A DNA stretch of 64,000 nucleotides from Eledone cirrhosa (lineage: Eukaryota). Position numbers and translations under genes: made by a program. The stretch lies in the NCBI GenBank assembly GCA_964016885.1, contig CAXHJY010000181.1:1-64000 (forward strand). The letters are read 5' to 3'. Positions 1 through 21,196 of the stretch are shown one piece after another; the first letter of the stretch is position 1, and every line of letters starts with the position of its first letter. The notes beneath the pieces were generated by a model that was not told the origin of the DNA, did no database searches, and worked only from the letters and a program-made list of their open reading frames with translations.

Positions 1-1370
<1,370 letters not shown>

Positions 1371-1953
1371 TATATGTAATATATTTTATTGTTTTTATTT
1401 TTTTATTTTTCATAATTTATAGATACATTTATATTAGGCTGTCTGTCTGACAACCTAATACTGACCCCTCCCCCCCCCCCTCCCACCTAATTTCTGTATC
1501 TTGATCTTGAAATGTGTGTACCAGTGTGTTTATGTGAGTGACTTAATTTCTATTTGCTTATGATTTTATATCCACATATATAAATGTGAGTGGGGGGTGT
1601 GTGTGTGTTTGTGTGTTCGTGGTTATGTGTATATTTTTTATATATATACGCACATGTATGTGTGATTATACTGATATGTGTGAGTATGAAAAAAATATAT
1701 TTATATGCTTGACTACATAAGTATCATTGCGTTTCTTATCAGCGCATTAAGCTTACAGAGATATTAACCTTGAAATTTTTTATTTGCATCCATCTTTTTA
1801 GTATGCACATACATATTATACACACATTATTGTAAAATGTGTGTAGGGTTTTACATGTATATACACACACCAAACTGCTTTTTAACCCTTTGTGTTTTCA
1901 TTGGTCAATTTTGAACTGATATTTTGAATTGTTGTTATTATCAATAAATATAC

Positions 1954-2108
1954 TTCATTATTTCTGAAGACGGCGTATATATGCGTTAGGTATGTATATT
2001 TAATCTTGATAATTTGTATAATTTTGTATAATTTTGTACATAGATCTGTTAGATATGCATACCAATTATAGCACATATATGCCCTAGAAACGATCGTTAA
2101 ATAGTGAA
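1954..2108 (+). ncRNA. Type I hammerhead ribozyme-like motif with a long stem II insertion
   Basis: Stem I TTCATTATTT/AAATAGTGAA (10 bp); core CTGAAGA (1964-1970); stem II GGCGTATAT/ATATATGCC enclosing about 90 nt; GAAA (2087-2090); palindromic stem III ACGATCGT; GUU triplet. The stem II junction is non-canonical. Confidence 0.65.
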
Positions 2109-2295
2109 CTTTTTTTGTTTAATATAAGGAATTGTTTGTTCATTATTTATTTAATATTTTATCTTGACTCTGTATACCGTTTAGCTTTCACCGAAATTGG
2201 ATTTTCATTACATCTCTTCTTTCCATGATATCCGGAATACATTGAGTTCTTCATACGGATTGGACACTACCGTAAACTCTTGGTAGATTTATCTA

Positions 2296-8362
<6,067 letters not shown>

Positions 8363-10830
8363 TAAGACAGGGGGGAAGAAAAAATGGCTTCACTTGTGCT
8401 TTCAACAAATTTATTTTCTTCACAAAATCCAAAAAGAATTTTTCTTAAAAAAATTATTTTATAAATTAAGTTGTTGGTTGTTGGTTAGGTCGTAGGAGTT
8501 CTTGGTTAACGTAGGAGGTATTGTTTCGTTTTTAGAAAGACCTTTCACGCTGAGGTGCGCTTGTCAAACTGATGTGTATGTGGTGTGTTGTTCTATATAT
8601 AGGGATTTAACATGTCTGTGGTGTGGTGGGGGTTTCTTTTCCCCCCCTTTAATAAGTGCATGGGTAGGTGTGTTGAAAAAGTGTTCATAGCAGTAATGAG
8701 TTGAGACGGTGAGTAGGGTTGGGTGGGGAGAAATGTAGCATGTGCGGCCTGCCCCGGTCATTCTCGAAAAATTCCTTTATTCAGGGGAAATAGCTTTTAG
8801 CATTGCTTTTGTGTTGACACAAATGCAACATCCCTACAGACCAACTACTAGCATTGAACAAGCTACAAAGAGATTCCTCAATAATAATAAAAGAAGCGGA
8901 CAAAGGTGGAGCAATCGTCATCATGGACACAAACCACTACAAAGACATGGTCCTAGCACACTTGAATGACGAAAACTTCTACAGGAAAATCACTAAAAAC
9001 GAAGAAAGGAAATCGAGGAACCAAATAGGCAAACTAACAACAAAGTACCAAAACAACCTAACACCAAAAGAAGTAGATTACCTAACCAACTTCGAAATGA
9101 AAATCAGCAATTTCTATGGATTACCAAAAATTCACAAATCCATAGAAATCCAAAACAACATAAAAGGGAAAAATACATCATACATCGAAGCACCAAAACC
9201 GACAGACTTAAAATTATGCCCCATTATTGCTGGCCCAGCCTCAAGCACACAACGTCTAAGCAACCTATTAGACATCATACTCAAACCCCTATGTAAAAAA
9301 GTTCCAAGCTACATCAGAGATGATATGGAATTCCTTAACTATATCCCCCCAAAAGTACACCAGGATACAATCCTAGTCAGTTTTGATGTAATAAGCCTGT
9401 ACACTAACATCCCACACGACCCAGGGATTGAAGCTGTGGACTTCTGGATTACAAAACACTCAAGTCACATTTCAGAAAGATTCCCCAAAGAATTCATCTT
9501 GGAAGGACTTAAATTAGTATTGGAAAACAACCACTTCCTCTTTGACAACGAACTTTATCTACAAATAAAAGGAACAGCCATGGGTACCAAAGTGGCCCCT
9601 ACATATGCAACGCTCGTTGTGGGTCACTTAGAGGCAAAATTATATTCCCAACTACAGATAACATTCAGTCACGACTTCGCCTTCTACATTAATAAAAACT
9701 GGAAACGTTACCTAGATGACTGCTTCATCTTCTGGAACAGAAGCCAAACAGACCTACAAAAATTTTATTCGATCCTAAACAGGCTTCATGAAGCCATACA
9801 ATTCACTATGGAATGTAACGAAAAGGAACTGCCCTTTCTAGATATCCTCATCATTAAAGAAGGGGAAAATATCATAACGGACCTATTTTGCAAACCCACT
9901 GACACACACCAATACTTAAATTTCCGGTCAGCACACCCCTCACATACGAAAAGGAACATTCCCTTCAACATGGCAAGGCGCATCTGCACTATAGCAACAC
10001 ACCCCGTAATACAAGAAAAAAGATTATGTGACCTGAAAAAATTCCTTAAAAAACAAGAATACCCGATGAAACTCATCAACGCAGCCATCTCCAAGGCTAA
10101 GAACATCCCAATAACAACACTGAGAAAACCAAACCTACAACATAAAAAAGAAAACCCTGCTATCTCTTTTGTCATCACTCACAACCCAGGGAACGTCAAC
10201 ATTGTGAAAACTGCTAAGCAGTATCTCCCGATTCTACAACAATCTACCAAAATGAATGCACTTTTAAAAAACACATAATTTATAGCAGACGCCAAGCACC
10301 CAACCTTAAAAAACTAATTACCAAGGCAAAATTTACGACCAACATGGAATCAATGCAAGTGACGAAATGCGGGGACCCTAGATGTGGAACCTGTGAACTC
10401 ATCGAAGAGGGCAAACAGTTGTCCTTCAAAAACCATGATAATTTCAAGGTCAATGCTAACATGAACTGCAAAACGAAAAACCTAATATATTGCGCAACAT
10501 GTCCACAGTGTAAAGAGTATTACATTGGGGAAACCGGAACGGGATTACATGATAGAGTCCGGGTACATAAACAACAGATTAAAGACCCCACAGTCAGAAA
10601 TACCACATGTAGCGCACACTTTCCATCATGCGGGAAGGGAAAATTCACAATCTTCCCTTTCTTCAAGATATGGTCGGATAACGAACATTTCCGCAGATAT
10701 AAAGAAGAATTCTTCATTGAAAAATTTAAACCACTACTGAACACGAAAAAATGAATTAACACTCGGAGGTAAAATTCCATTTCACTACCCCCCCTCTTAT
10801 GTATACACATGAATATCTGAGTGAACGGTG
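8363..10830 (+). mobile_element. Penelope-like retroelement, Neptune-like, 5'-truncated: RT plus GIY-YIG endonuclease with one frameshift near 10275
   Basis: ORF 8854-10278 has ADKGGAIV, FYGLPKIHK, SFDVISLYTNI, GTAMGT, RYLDD, LPFLD. The continuation to 10754 has a CGDPRCGTC linker and NLIY..C..C..YIGETG..R...H. Membership of 8363-8830 in the element is inferred. Confidence 0.92.
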
Positions 10831-10938
10831 AAACACACACATATGTGTGTGTGTAGGGATGTATGGATGTATGTACGTGTGGGTATATATGTATGTGGGT
10901 GTGTGTATATATATATATGTATGGATGTGTGTATGTTT

Positions 10939-10986
<48 letters not shown>

Positions 10987-11052
10987 ATGTGTGTATATAT
11001 GTGTATATGTACATGTATGTATGTGTATGTTTGTATATATGTGTGTGTGTAT

Positions 11053-11087
<35 letters not shown>

Positions 11088-11368
11088 CGATAGATATGTA
11101 TGTTTATGTGTGTGTGTATGTATGTACCTATATATATGTGTGTGTGTGTGTATGTATGTGCATATATGTATATATGTGTGTACATATGTGTATGTTTCTG
11201 TTTGTGTATATGTATGTATGTATGTAGATGTATGTGTATATATATGTGTATATATATGTATATGTATGTGTATGTGTATATGTGTCTTTATGTGCTCGCG
11301 TGTACGCACATATATATATATATATGTATATATGTATGTGTGTATGTATGTGTGTGTATGTGTGTATA

Positions 11369-11420
<52 letters not shown>

Positions 11421-11464
11421 CCTGTATGTGTATGTATGTATGTGTGTATGTATGTATGTGTATG

Positions 11465-11499
<35 letters not shown>

Positions 11500-11574
11500 A
11501 TATGTATGTGTATATGTGTGTATGTGTCTGTATGTGTTTATGTGTACATATATGTATGTGTATGTGTATGTATG

Positions 11575-11647
<73 letters not shown>

Positions 11648-11888
11648 GCCTCTCTCTTTATATGTGTATATATATATAAATGTATGTGTATGTGTGTGTG
11701 TGTGTATGCATGTATGTGTGAACAGAGGGGTATATATACGGACATATGTGTGTGTGTGTGTGTGTATACACGTGCGTGTGTGTGTGTGTGTGTGTGTATG
11801 TGTGCGTGTATGTGAATATATGTATATTTAGTTATGTATCTTTATGTGTGTATATGTATGTATATGTATGTATATGTGTGTATATATG

Positions 11889-11919
<31 letters not shown>

Positions 11920-11968
11920 ATATATATGTATATATGTGTGTGTGTATATGTGTGTGTACGTGTATATG

Positions 11969-12021
<53 letters not shown>

Positions 12022-12257
12022 GTATGTATATATATATATACCCATGTGGAGGTATGAGTACATATTCGTGTGTGTACGTATGTATATGTGTGTTTTTATA
12101 TGTGTCTCTATATGTTTTTGTGTATGTATGTGGATGTATTTGTGCATGGGTGTGTGATATATACTATATATATATATATACTATATATATATATTATATA
12201 TATATATTATATATATATATTATATATATATATTATATATATATACTATATATATAT
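10831..12257. repeat. (TG)n/(TA)n/(TATG)n compound microsatellite
   Basis: Directly visible. Confidence 0.95.
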
Positions 12258-14340
12258 CATCATCATCATCATCGTTTAACGTCCGTGTTCCATGCTTGCA
12301 TGGGTTTGGACGGAAGTTTTCCCACTTGAGGCAAGAGTGGTTGTCTTGCTCGCATAGGACTGTCTGGCAGGTTTTCTACAGCTGGATGCCCTTCCTAACA
12401 CCAACCACATTTCCAGTGTGGGACTGGGACGTTTTTACCGTGTTGCCTACACGGTCACATTTACAGCATGGACTGTGTTTTTTTTTTTCGTGACACCTAC
12501 ACGATCTCATTTGTTTCGGCCTGGATTTTGTGGCACCAACATAACTTTAGATTGAAAGGGGCGGTGTGGATGGGGTGGGGGTGGTGGGACGGGGTGTATT
12601 TAGTTAGAGATGCCTACTGACTGTAGTAGGTTTTACTTTGTATTTAGGTAACGTGGGTCTTCTCTGTTACTGAGTACCGCCAAAGGTCTCGGTCCAGTGA
12701 CATTGTCTTGGTGAGGTGTAAGTGTGTGAGGTCGGAATTTATCAGCTCGTCCCAGGTTTTTCTGGGTCTGCCTACTCCGTGGCTACCATCTATCTTTATT
12801 GCCCTGCACTTTGTTATACAGCTGTCGTCTTTCATGCGCATCACGTGACCATACCAACGTAGCCTTCTCTCGAGTAAACAACATCTGATCCCTCTTATTT
12901 CTAATTTTTTCCTTAGTTCGTTTATGCTTTGCCGTTCGCGTATATTACTATTACACATCCAGCGGAGCATGCAAGCTTCGTTCCTCTCTAGTCTGCGTAT
13001 ATCCTCTGCACACAATGCCCAGGTCTCACTTCCATGCAACATTGCTGTTCGTATGCAGGCATCATACAACCTGCCTTTCACTTTTAAGGAGAACCCTTTA
13101 GCGGCTAATAGTGGTATAAGCTCTCTGAACTTTTTCCATCCAGTTCTGACTCTAGCTACTGTACTTTCGGAGCACCCTCCCCCACTGCTGATTTTGTCAC
13201 CCAGGTAACGGAAGCTGTCCTCTATTTCTATAGAACCCTCTGCGCAGTTGAAAGAGCTATTATTTTTTGGGCACTTGCTGCTACTTATTGCACCAGAGCA
13301 CCGGCCACATGTAAAATCTGTGTTCTTAGTTAGCTTACCTGTGATCCCACTACATCTTTTATGCACCCATACTTTGCATTTGGGACATAAAATGGAGTTT
13401 CTACCTACGCCTTTCCTACACACTGAGCATGGCCATTTCCCGGAAGGGACCGGCGCCTTATTTTCTTTCCTACAAACTAGAACTTTAGTCTTAGCCATGT
13501 TAATTTTAAGGCCTTTTGATTCTAGGCCGTGCTTCCATGTGTGGAATTTCTTCTCTAGCTCGGCCATTGATTCAGATATGAGCGTTAGGTCATCTGCGTA
13601 TAAGAGTTCCCATGGGCAGCTGGTCTTGAACTCCTCTGTTATAGCCTGAAGAGCAATAATGAATAGTAGGGGGCTAAGAACAGAGCCCTGATGGACACCA
13701 ACTTTTACGCTAAACTCTTCACTATATTCGTTGTTAATTCTAACCTTGCTCACTGTTTCTTTATACATGGCTTGTATAGCTCTCACAAGCCATTCGTCAA
13801 CACCTAGTTTTCTAAGAGCTCACCAGATAATGGAACGAGGCTTTCTCCAAGTCGACGAAGGCTAAGTATAGGGGTTTACTTTTAGCTAGGTACTTCTCCT
13901 GTAGTTGTCGTACAATGAAAAGAGCGTCTGTGGTACTTTTGCCCGACACAAACCCGAACTGCATTTCATCTAGATCGATTCTCTCTCTGATTAGTTGCAC
14001 TATTACTTTTTCCGTGACCTTCATGACCTGGTCGATTAATTTAATCCCTCTATAGTTACTCCTATCTAGGGCGTCTCCTTTACCCTTGTAACAGTTAATG
14101 ATGATGCTGCTACGCCAGTCCTTCGGAACAACCCCATTCTGTATGACTTGGTTTACTACCCGGGTGACCATGGTGTATCCCACCGTTCCAGAGGCCTTCA
14201 GCATCTCAGCGACTATTTCCGAAGGCCCAGCCGCCTTACCTGTCTTCATATCTTTGATCGCCTTACTTATTATACTACCTTCAACTAACACTGCTGGTCC
14301 CTCTATTGGATCGATCTGGGGGAGACTATCGTTCTCCCAT
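12258..14340 (-). mobile_element. RTE-clade LINE, 5'-truncated: RT with an internal PHD-type finger, structured 3' UTR and (GAT)n tail
   Basis: ORFs 14291-13812 and 13786-12644 ([56 protein letters not shown]), frameshift near 13830. Tail gttaaacgatgatgatg. Confidence 0.93.
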
Positions 14341-14838
14341 ATTATATATATATATATACTATATATATATATATATACTATATATATATATATATACTAT
14401 ATATATATATACTATATATATATATACTATATATATATATACTATATATATATATACTATATATATATACTATATATATATATACATATATAAGTAATTC
14501 CATCGGAAAGGTCCAGGAAAAAAGAGTGCTCCATGTAGGTAACAGAGCTTAATAGTTATGTAATAAACAACATAAGGCAACTATTTCATTTACCAGTGGT
14601 TTCTTAAAATCAAACAAATTTTGCTTTCAATCATCAGAATGAAAAAATCCTGGTGTATTTATTGGCATTGGATTTTAAAAAACAAAAATATAATCTATAT
14701 GAAAGTGAGGCTGGAAAAGGAAGAAGGAAAGGACAAATAAACACACATGCACACACACACAATTATATACATACACATATATACATACACATATATATAC
14801 ATACACATATATACATACCCACACATATATACACACAC

Positions 14839-14873
<35 letters not shown>

Positions 14874-14978
14874 TATATATGTGTATATATATACATACAC
14901 ATACATATACACATACATACACACATATATATCAACATATCCATACATACACATACATACAAATGCACAAACATGCAT

Positions 14979-15011
<33 letters not shown>

Positions 15012-15282
15012 AATATATATACATATATATATATATACATACATATATACATACATATATACATACATATATACACACACATACATATATATATATATAT
15101 ACATACATATATATATACATACATATATACATACATATATACACACACATACATATATATACATATATACATACATATATACACACACATACATATATAT
15201 ACATATATACATACATATATACACACACATACATATATACACACACATACATATATATACATACATATATACACACACATAC

Positions 15283-15325
<43 letters not shown>

Positions 15326-15611
15326 TACATATACACATATATACATATATATATATACACATATACATACATATACACATATATACATACATATACATAT
15401 ATATATATATATACATACATACATATACATATATATACATATATATATATATATACATACATACATATACACATATATACATACATATACATACATACAT
15501 ATACACATATATACATACATATACATATATATACATATATATATATATACATACATATATATACATATATATATATATATACATACATACATATACATAT
15601 ATATATATATA

Positions 15612-16158
15612 TGGTGGCTGCCAACTCGTTTTCGAGTACGGCCACTACTTTATATCCATGTAGGAGAACCCCTACCGATGCGCTGAACGAATGTGACTTT
15701 TTAGTCCAGCCAGCGACTTGAAAACTCTGGTACAAAGACTACACTTGTGACCATTATTGACACATAGTGCAGGGCCCATGGTACCATGTGATGACAAGTG
15801 CAGAGAGATCTCCAGATATAAAGCAATGCCTGTGCTGTGAAGCTTTTATAGTGAGCAAAGGCACTGCACAAAGCCAGTCCCACTCTCTTAACCAAGATGA
15901 TATTTACCAAAAAGAAGAACAAGTCAACATCATTGGATACCATCAGGGTTGCAGGTGTTATATCAGAGTTTTCCTTCTCCTAGAATTCTGCCTTGACAAA
16001 GGCTAAGGGGTCATCTCTCCCGGTGATTTTGGATGGCTATTGAGTCTTAAGAGCTCCCTTGCCCTTTGACAGGTTTTGTTTTTAGTCCTGCAGGATGTCC
16101 AAAGTCACCCTCCTCACCAAGAAACCTTGGTAGGGTTGCCAGTTTAGTCGCCAACGAC
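15612..16158 (-). mobile_element. Non-autonomous bipartite RTE-derived element (RTE-like 5' UTR plus RTE 3' stem-loop), copy 1
   Basis: Near-identical inverted copy at 26544-27097. The 3' stem-loop GGCCGTACTCGAAAACGAGTTGGCAGCC resembles the RTE end at 16441-16480. No RT coding sequence. Confidence 0.72.
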
Positions 16159-16408
16159 ATACATACATATACACATATATATATATATACATACATACAT
16201 ATACACATATATACATACATATACATATATATACATATATATATATATACATACATATACACACATATACACATACATACATATATACATACATATACAT
16301 ACATATACATACATATACACATACCTACATATACATACATATACACATATATATATATATACATACATACATATACATACACATACATACATATATACAT
16401 ACATATAC

Positions 16409-16440
<32 letters not shown>

Positions 16441-16503
16441 GATGGCTGCCCCCTCGTTATCGAGTATGGCCATTGCACGAGAAGAAAAAAAAAAAAAAAA
16501 AAA

Positions 16504-16534
<31 letters not shown>

Positions 16535-16556
16535 AAATAATAATAATAATAAATAA

Positions 16557-16587
<31 letters not shown>

Positions 16588-16747
16588 TACATACATACAT
16601 ATATACATACACACATACATACACATACGCACACGTATACACACACATACATTAATAACAATAATAATAATAATAATAATAACGACGACAACAATAATAA
16701 TATACATATTCATATATATATACACACACACACGCACGCACATAAGC

Positions 16748-16787
<40 letters not shown>

Positions 16788-17306
16788 GATAACAACTAAC
16801 AGTGCTGCGATCGAATGTGGCTTTTTAGCCCAGCCAATGATCTAAAATGTCTTGCACAGAGTCGGCAACCAAAACATTCACTGGGAATAGTCGGCTGTGG
16901 TTGGAGTTCGTGTACTTTTGCATGTCGCTTGAGCCCTCCTGCTGATTTACATTCTCTACCACATGTTTGGCAAGCATGATGAGTAGCATCTCCAACAGCA
17001 GCCTGGTAGTCAACCACTGGTCTTACTTTATGACTGCGAAGATGACTTTCGAGTCCAGCTTTGCTTAGGCAGAGTCTCGCACAGACGCTGCATGTCAGCA
17101 CCATAAGAGGACCCTCGCCGTCTGGAAGTGCAACAGCAATGCCCTTCCTCACATCCCGCTTTACTTTCTTGTGTGCGATTCGAGATGCCTCAAAGGCAAC
17201 TTTTCCCTCATATACAGTCTTTCTCCATTTATTACGATCAGCAGCAATATTTTCCCATGTATCAGCAGAGATGTTAGCGTCTTTCAGAGAGGCTTTCAAG
17301 GAATCA
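16441..17306 (-). mobile_element. RTE/BovB-like LINE 3' end with three C2H2 zinc fingers; 3' UTR interrupted by simple repeats
   Basis: DSLKASLK..WENIAADRNKWR RTE C-terminal motif followed by three CxxC..H...H fingers. Terminal stem-loop ggccatactcgataacgagggggcagccatc. Confidence 0.82.
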
Positions 17307-17712
17307 TATACATGTACATATACATACATATACATACATATACACATACATACACACAATCATACATATATACACACGTACATACACACATACATATATA
17401 CACACGTACATACACACATACATACACACACATACACAAATATAGAAATATGTACACACACCTACATACTCACACACAAATAATTATAAGAAAAAATATA
17501 ATAATAAAAATACTGTCACATAAGAACAAAAATGAATATAAAAATTATTATAGTTTTGACAGCAATACAGGCAACAAATAAATGAACAAACACACGTGGT
17601 AAGCAATACACACAATTGCACGTACATATACATACGCAAAAATAAATACATACACACTCTCACACATACACATACATATACAATTACGTATACACATACA
17701 TACGCATACACA

Positions 17713-17744
<32 letters not shown>

Positions 17745-17825
17745 GTATATATATATATATATATAGTATATATATATATTTAGTATATATATATATATAT
17801 ATAGTATATATATATAGTATATGTA

Positions 17826-18255
17826 TAAGACAATGTCACTGGACCGAGATCTTTGGCGCTACACAGCAATACAGAAGACCCGCCTTACCTAAGTACAAAG
17901 TGAAACCTAGTCAGCAGGCACCTCTAACAAAAATACCCGTCCCACTACCCCCACCCCACCCCTTTCAATATAAAGTTATGTTGGTACCACAGCATCCAGG
18001 CCGAAACAAATGAGGTCGTGTAGGTGTCACGACAAAAAAACGCACAGTCCACGCTGTAATGTGGCCGTGTAGGTAACACGGTAAAAACCTCCCAGTCCAC
18101 ACTGTAAACGTGGTTGGTGTTAGGAAGGACATCCAGCCGTAGAAAATCTGCCAGACAGTCCTATACGAGTAGGACAACCAACCTTGCCTCACGTGGAACA
18201 ATTCCCGTCTAAACCCATGCAAGCGTGGAAGATGGACGTTAAACGATGATGATGA
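17826..18255 (+). mobile_element. RTE 3' end/3' UTR fragment (same family as 12258-14340)
   Basis: Matches the reverse complement of 12258-12710; (GAT)n tail. Confidence 0.88.
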
Positions 18256-18344
18256 TATATATATTATATATATATATATATATACTATGTATATAATATA
18301 TATATATAATATATATATACTATATATATATATATATACTATAT

Positions 18345-18776
18345 ATGATGCCTAGTGAGACATGGGCAGCAACTGCAGAAGATATGCGATGGCTGGAGAG
18401 AAATGAGGCAAGCATGCTCCATTGGATGTGCAATGTCAATGTCCATGAATGCCCAAGCATAGATGAGTTGAGAAAGAAACTGGGTATAAGAGGGATAAGT
18501 TGTGGTGTGCGAGAGGGAAGACTACAATGGTATGGACAGGTGATGTGCATGGAGGATGACCGATGCGTGAAGAAGTGCCAGACAGTCTCAGTGGAGGGAA
18601 GACGCAGTAGAGGTAGACCATGAAAAACATGGGCAGAGGTGGTGAGAGCAGACCTCAGATCGCTGAAACTCATGGAGGAGATGACGAAGGACCGTGACGG
18701 GTGGAGAGATGCTGTGCTGAATAGGACCCGTCCAACCCTTGCAAGCAGGCAAAAGCGGACGTATGATGATGTTGAT
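18345..18776 (+). mobile_element. RTE 3' fragment, related subfamily
   Basis: SETWA..LERNEASML..LQWYGQVM..GRP; ends in cggacgtatgatgatg. Confidence 0.85.
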
Positions 18777-18922
18777 ATTTATATATATATTTATATGTTT
18801 TCATAAACAGCTCTATTATAAATATATATATATATATATACACACACAATCCTAAATTGTATACATCATTAACAAGAGACACAATGTCAAAGATTAAAGT
18901 AGAATATGTTAGATAAACTTAC

Positions 18923-19018
18923 TTTCTGTTCTCCTCCTTGGTTAATGAAATGATAGTGAGCTACATTCCTCTGAAGCCCTAGCTCATTCAGTTTAGTTTC
19001 TGAGGCACCAAACAATAA
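18923..19018 (-). CDS. MYO1D: MYO1D-like exon E: LLFGASETKLNELGLQRNVAHYHFINQGGEQK
   Basis: Acceptor ttttccag, donor gtaagt. Continues FYQ-LL-xG...Y-x-x-I-NQG as in myosin I. 96 bp, phase 0. Confidence 0.87.
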
Positions 19019-19340
19019 CTGGAAAAACACAAAAATAAATAAAAAAGATAAAGAAATCTTTAATTGATTCACCTTTTTCCTGGTTATAATTCTTCTTTAA
19101 TTAATTAATTAGAATTTTAAGAGATTTCATAAAATTATTGATATTTCATTAATACAACAGTACCTTAATGTATGGTTCTTATATAAATTATGTAGGAAGA
19201 TTTAAATTTTACTAAGAGCCTTTTATAATGGGCGGTTTTGTTAGATAGAGTTGGAGCAAATTTTGGACAGGTTGGTATTGAAAAGGATAGTTGTGGATAA
19301 GCTGGAGCACAATTATAAATGTTCTTCAATGAAAATAGAA

Positions 19341-19554
19341 AATAATAATTTCTACTATAGACACAAGGCCAGCAAATTTGGGGAGGGGAAAGTCGATTAA
19401 ATTGACACCAGGGCATGACTGGTACTTAATTTTATCGACCTCTTAAGGATGAAAGGCAAAGCTAAGTTCGGCAGGATTTGAACTCAGAACGTAAAGGGAT
19501 GTAACTATGCCACAAAGCATATTGTCTGATGCTATACCGATACTGCCAATCCAC
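19341..19554 (-). mobile_element. tRNA-derived SINE, octopus OK/Meta-domain-like
   Basis: B-box GAGTTCAAATCC followed by ctttgcctttcatcctt..ggtcgataaaattaagtaccag. Further copies at 20973, 24012, 55246 and 57325. The family name is from recall. Confidence 0.78.
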
Positions 19555-19639
19555 AAAATAATGGCTTATTTTCAGAAGGTATAATATAAAAAAAAAAATA
19601 AAAAAAAAAAATGGCTCATAAAACTGGCCTTAGGCATCT

Positions 19640-19850
19640 GGGAGATACTGACTAACAGACTGCTGGGGGCCAGAGTTGCGTTTTCATTGCTCAGCCAAGG
19701 TGACTGATTAACAAATTGCTGACAGCTGAGAGCCAGAGGCATGTTTTCAAAGGTTCAGCTAAGCTGACACTCACTAACAGATTGCTAAATGCTGAGGGAC
19801 AGAGGTGTTTACAGTGGTCAGCTAAGGTGACATTGACTAACAAAACAAAA
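19640..19850. repeat. Degenerate minisatellite, 3-4 units of about 60 bp
   Basis: Recurring motif ctaacagattgct..gccagagg..tcagctaaggtgac. Confidence 0.6.
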
Positions 19851-19899
19851 GAGGGTGAAGTTTTGACTAGTTATAGGTAATACAATTGTGACGTATCTC

Positions 19900-20235
19900 T
19901 TAATACACCACAAGCAAGTTTTGTGGATGAATAAAAGGGCCACTTCTGTGAGGTCCTCATGTAGACTACCTCAATGATAAATGACTGTGACCTCTAGCTT
20001 TGCTAGTGGCTTCAATGGACATGTGGGACAGCACTAGGATTGTAGATTCCTTGGTATGTATGGAGATAATGGACTAGGTATGTGGAATGAAGAGGGATCA
20101 AGGCTTCTGGAGTTTTGTGATGTAATTGACTTGACAATCTGCAACACTAACACTAAGAAACCAGCTAGCCAATTAACCATCTACCAATCAAGTGGACACA
20201 TAAGCCATGTAGGTTTTATTCTCACCAGGAAATGA
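19900..20235 (+). pseudogene. Decayed RTE APE endonuclease fragment
   Basis: Translates to FNGHVG, ..NEEGSRLLEFCDVIDLTICNT, ..FILTRK. Confidence 0.7.
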
Positions 20236-20783
20236 GATTCCATATTGTTAAAATGTAGAAATAGGATTTGTGTAGTATAAGTACATCATCAACTTTTCAG
20301 CCCTCTTCATTCCAGACCCACACCAGATTATTCAGTTTTCCAGACTGTATAATAATTCATAAGAAACATATGACTAAGTCAGAAACATTTTCCATACTCC
20401 TTAACTGTAATGTGGAGGTATAAATGTTTAAAATTAAATCTGATGCCATGTGGTAAACTCTTGATATGAATTAACTACTCTGTTGGGTTACAGTAAATTT
20501 AAATGTTCACTCATATTTACATCTGGATATAAAGTGGTGTCAGCTCATCAGTGCCCATCAGTATATTGGTGTTGAACTTGCAACAAATTGTTTTTGAAAC
20601 ATTGAAAATAGATTTGAGAAGAGGATTGTAAAGAAACCAAATGACAATCAGGAAATACAGGGTGTATCCAAACAACCTTCTAAATTTTAAAGGATAATAA
20701 AAAGGCCATGATAAATGCTAACTTTTACTACATAATCTAAAAGTGCATAGATTAATTTTTATCATCATCATAGTCATCATTAT

Positions 20784-21196
20784 TTAACCTTTTAGCGTTT
20801 AAACTGGCTGTATTCAGTCAGAATTATCTCACCCCTTTCTGTTCAAACTGGCCACTCATACTGATGTTAAGGTATTGTTCTCAAAATGAATAACATCTTA
20901 ATCTCGCAGATTCGATACTATGCGAGATAAGGTAAAGCCTATACCACAAAAAACAATAGTATATATAGAATAATTGTTTCTACTTTTGGCACAAGACCAG
21001 CAATTACCCAGTACATTACTGGTACTTTATTTTATCGATCCCGTAAGGATGAAAGGCAAAGTTAACCTTGAAGATATTTGAACTCGCACCGTAAAGGGAC
21101 ATAACTATGCTAGAAAGCATGGCGTCCAACCCTCTACTGATACTGCCATAGTATATATAGAATATATATAGAATAATGTAAATACTAAAGGGTTAA
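20784..21196 (+). mobile_element. piggyBac-like TTAA MITE interrupted by a SINE
   Basis: Homologous to 23290-23515; termini TTAA-CCTTTTAGC ... CTAAAGGG-TTAA. Confidence 0.75.
20973..21147 (-). mobile_element. OK/Meta-like SINE with a 17-bp target-site duplication
   Basis: ATAGTATATATAGAATA occurs at 20956-20972 and again at 21148-21164. Confidence 0.82.

Noticed and set aside
8535-8576. Minus-strand hammerhead remnant (TTGACAA-GCGC..GCGT-GAAA)
   Set aside because: The core is doubly mutated and there is no stem I partner.
14493-14740. Next myosin exon downstream of 18923
   Set aside because: No myosin-like translation (expected ..IND..F..AM..IGF..) with splice sites in this or other unique islands below 18.9 kb.
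16796-17359. Host C2H2 zinc-finger gene
   Set aside because: It is preceded in frame by an RTE C-terminal motif and followed by an RTE terminal stem-loop; no TGEKP linkers.
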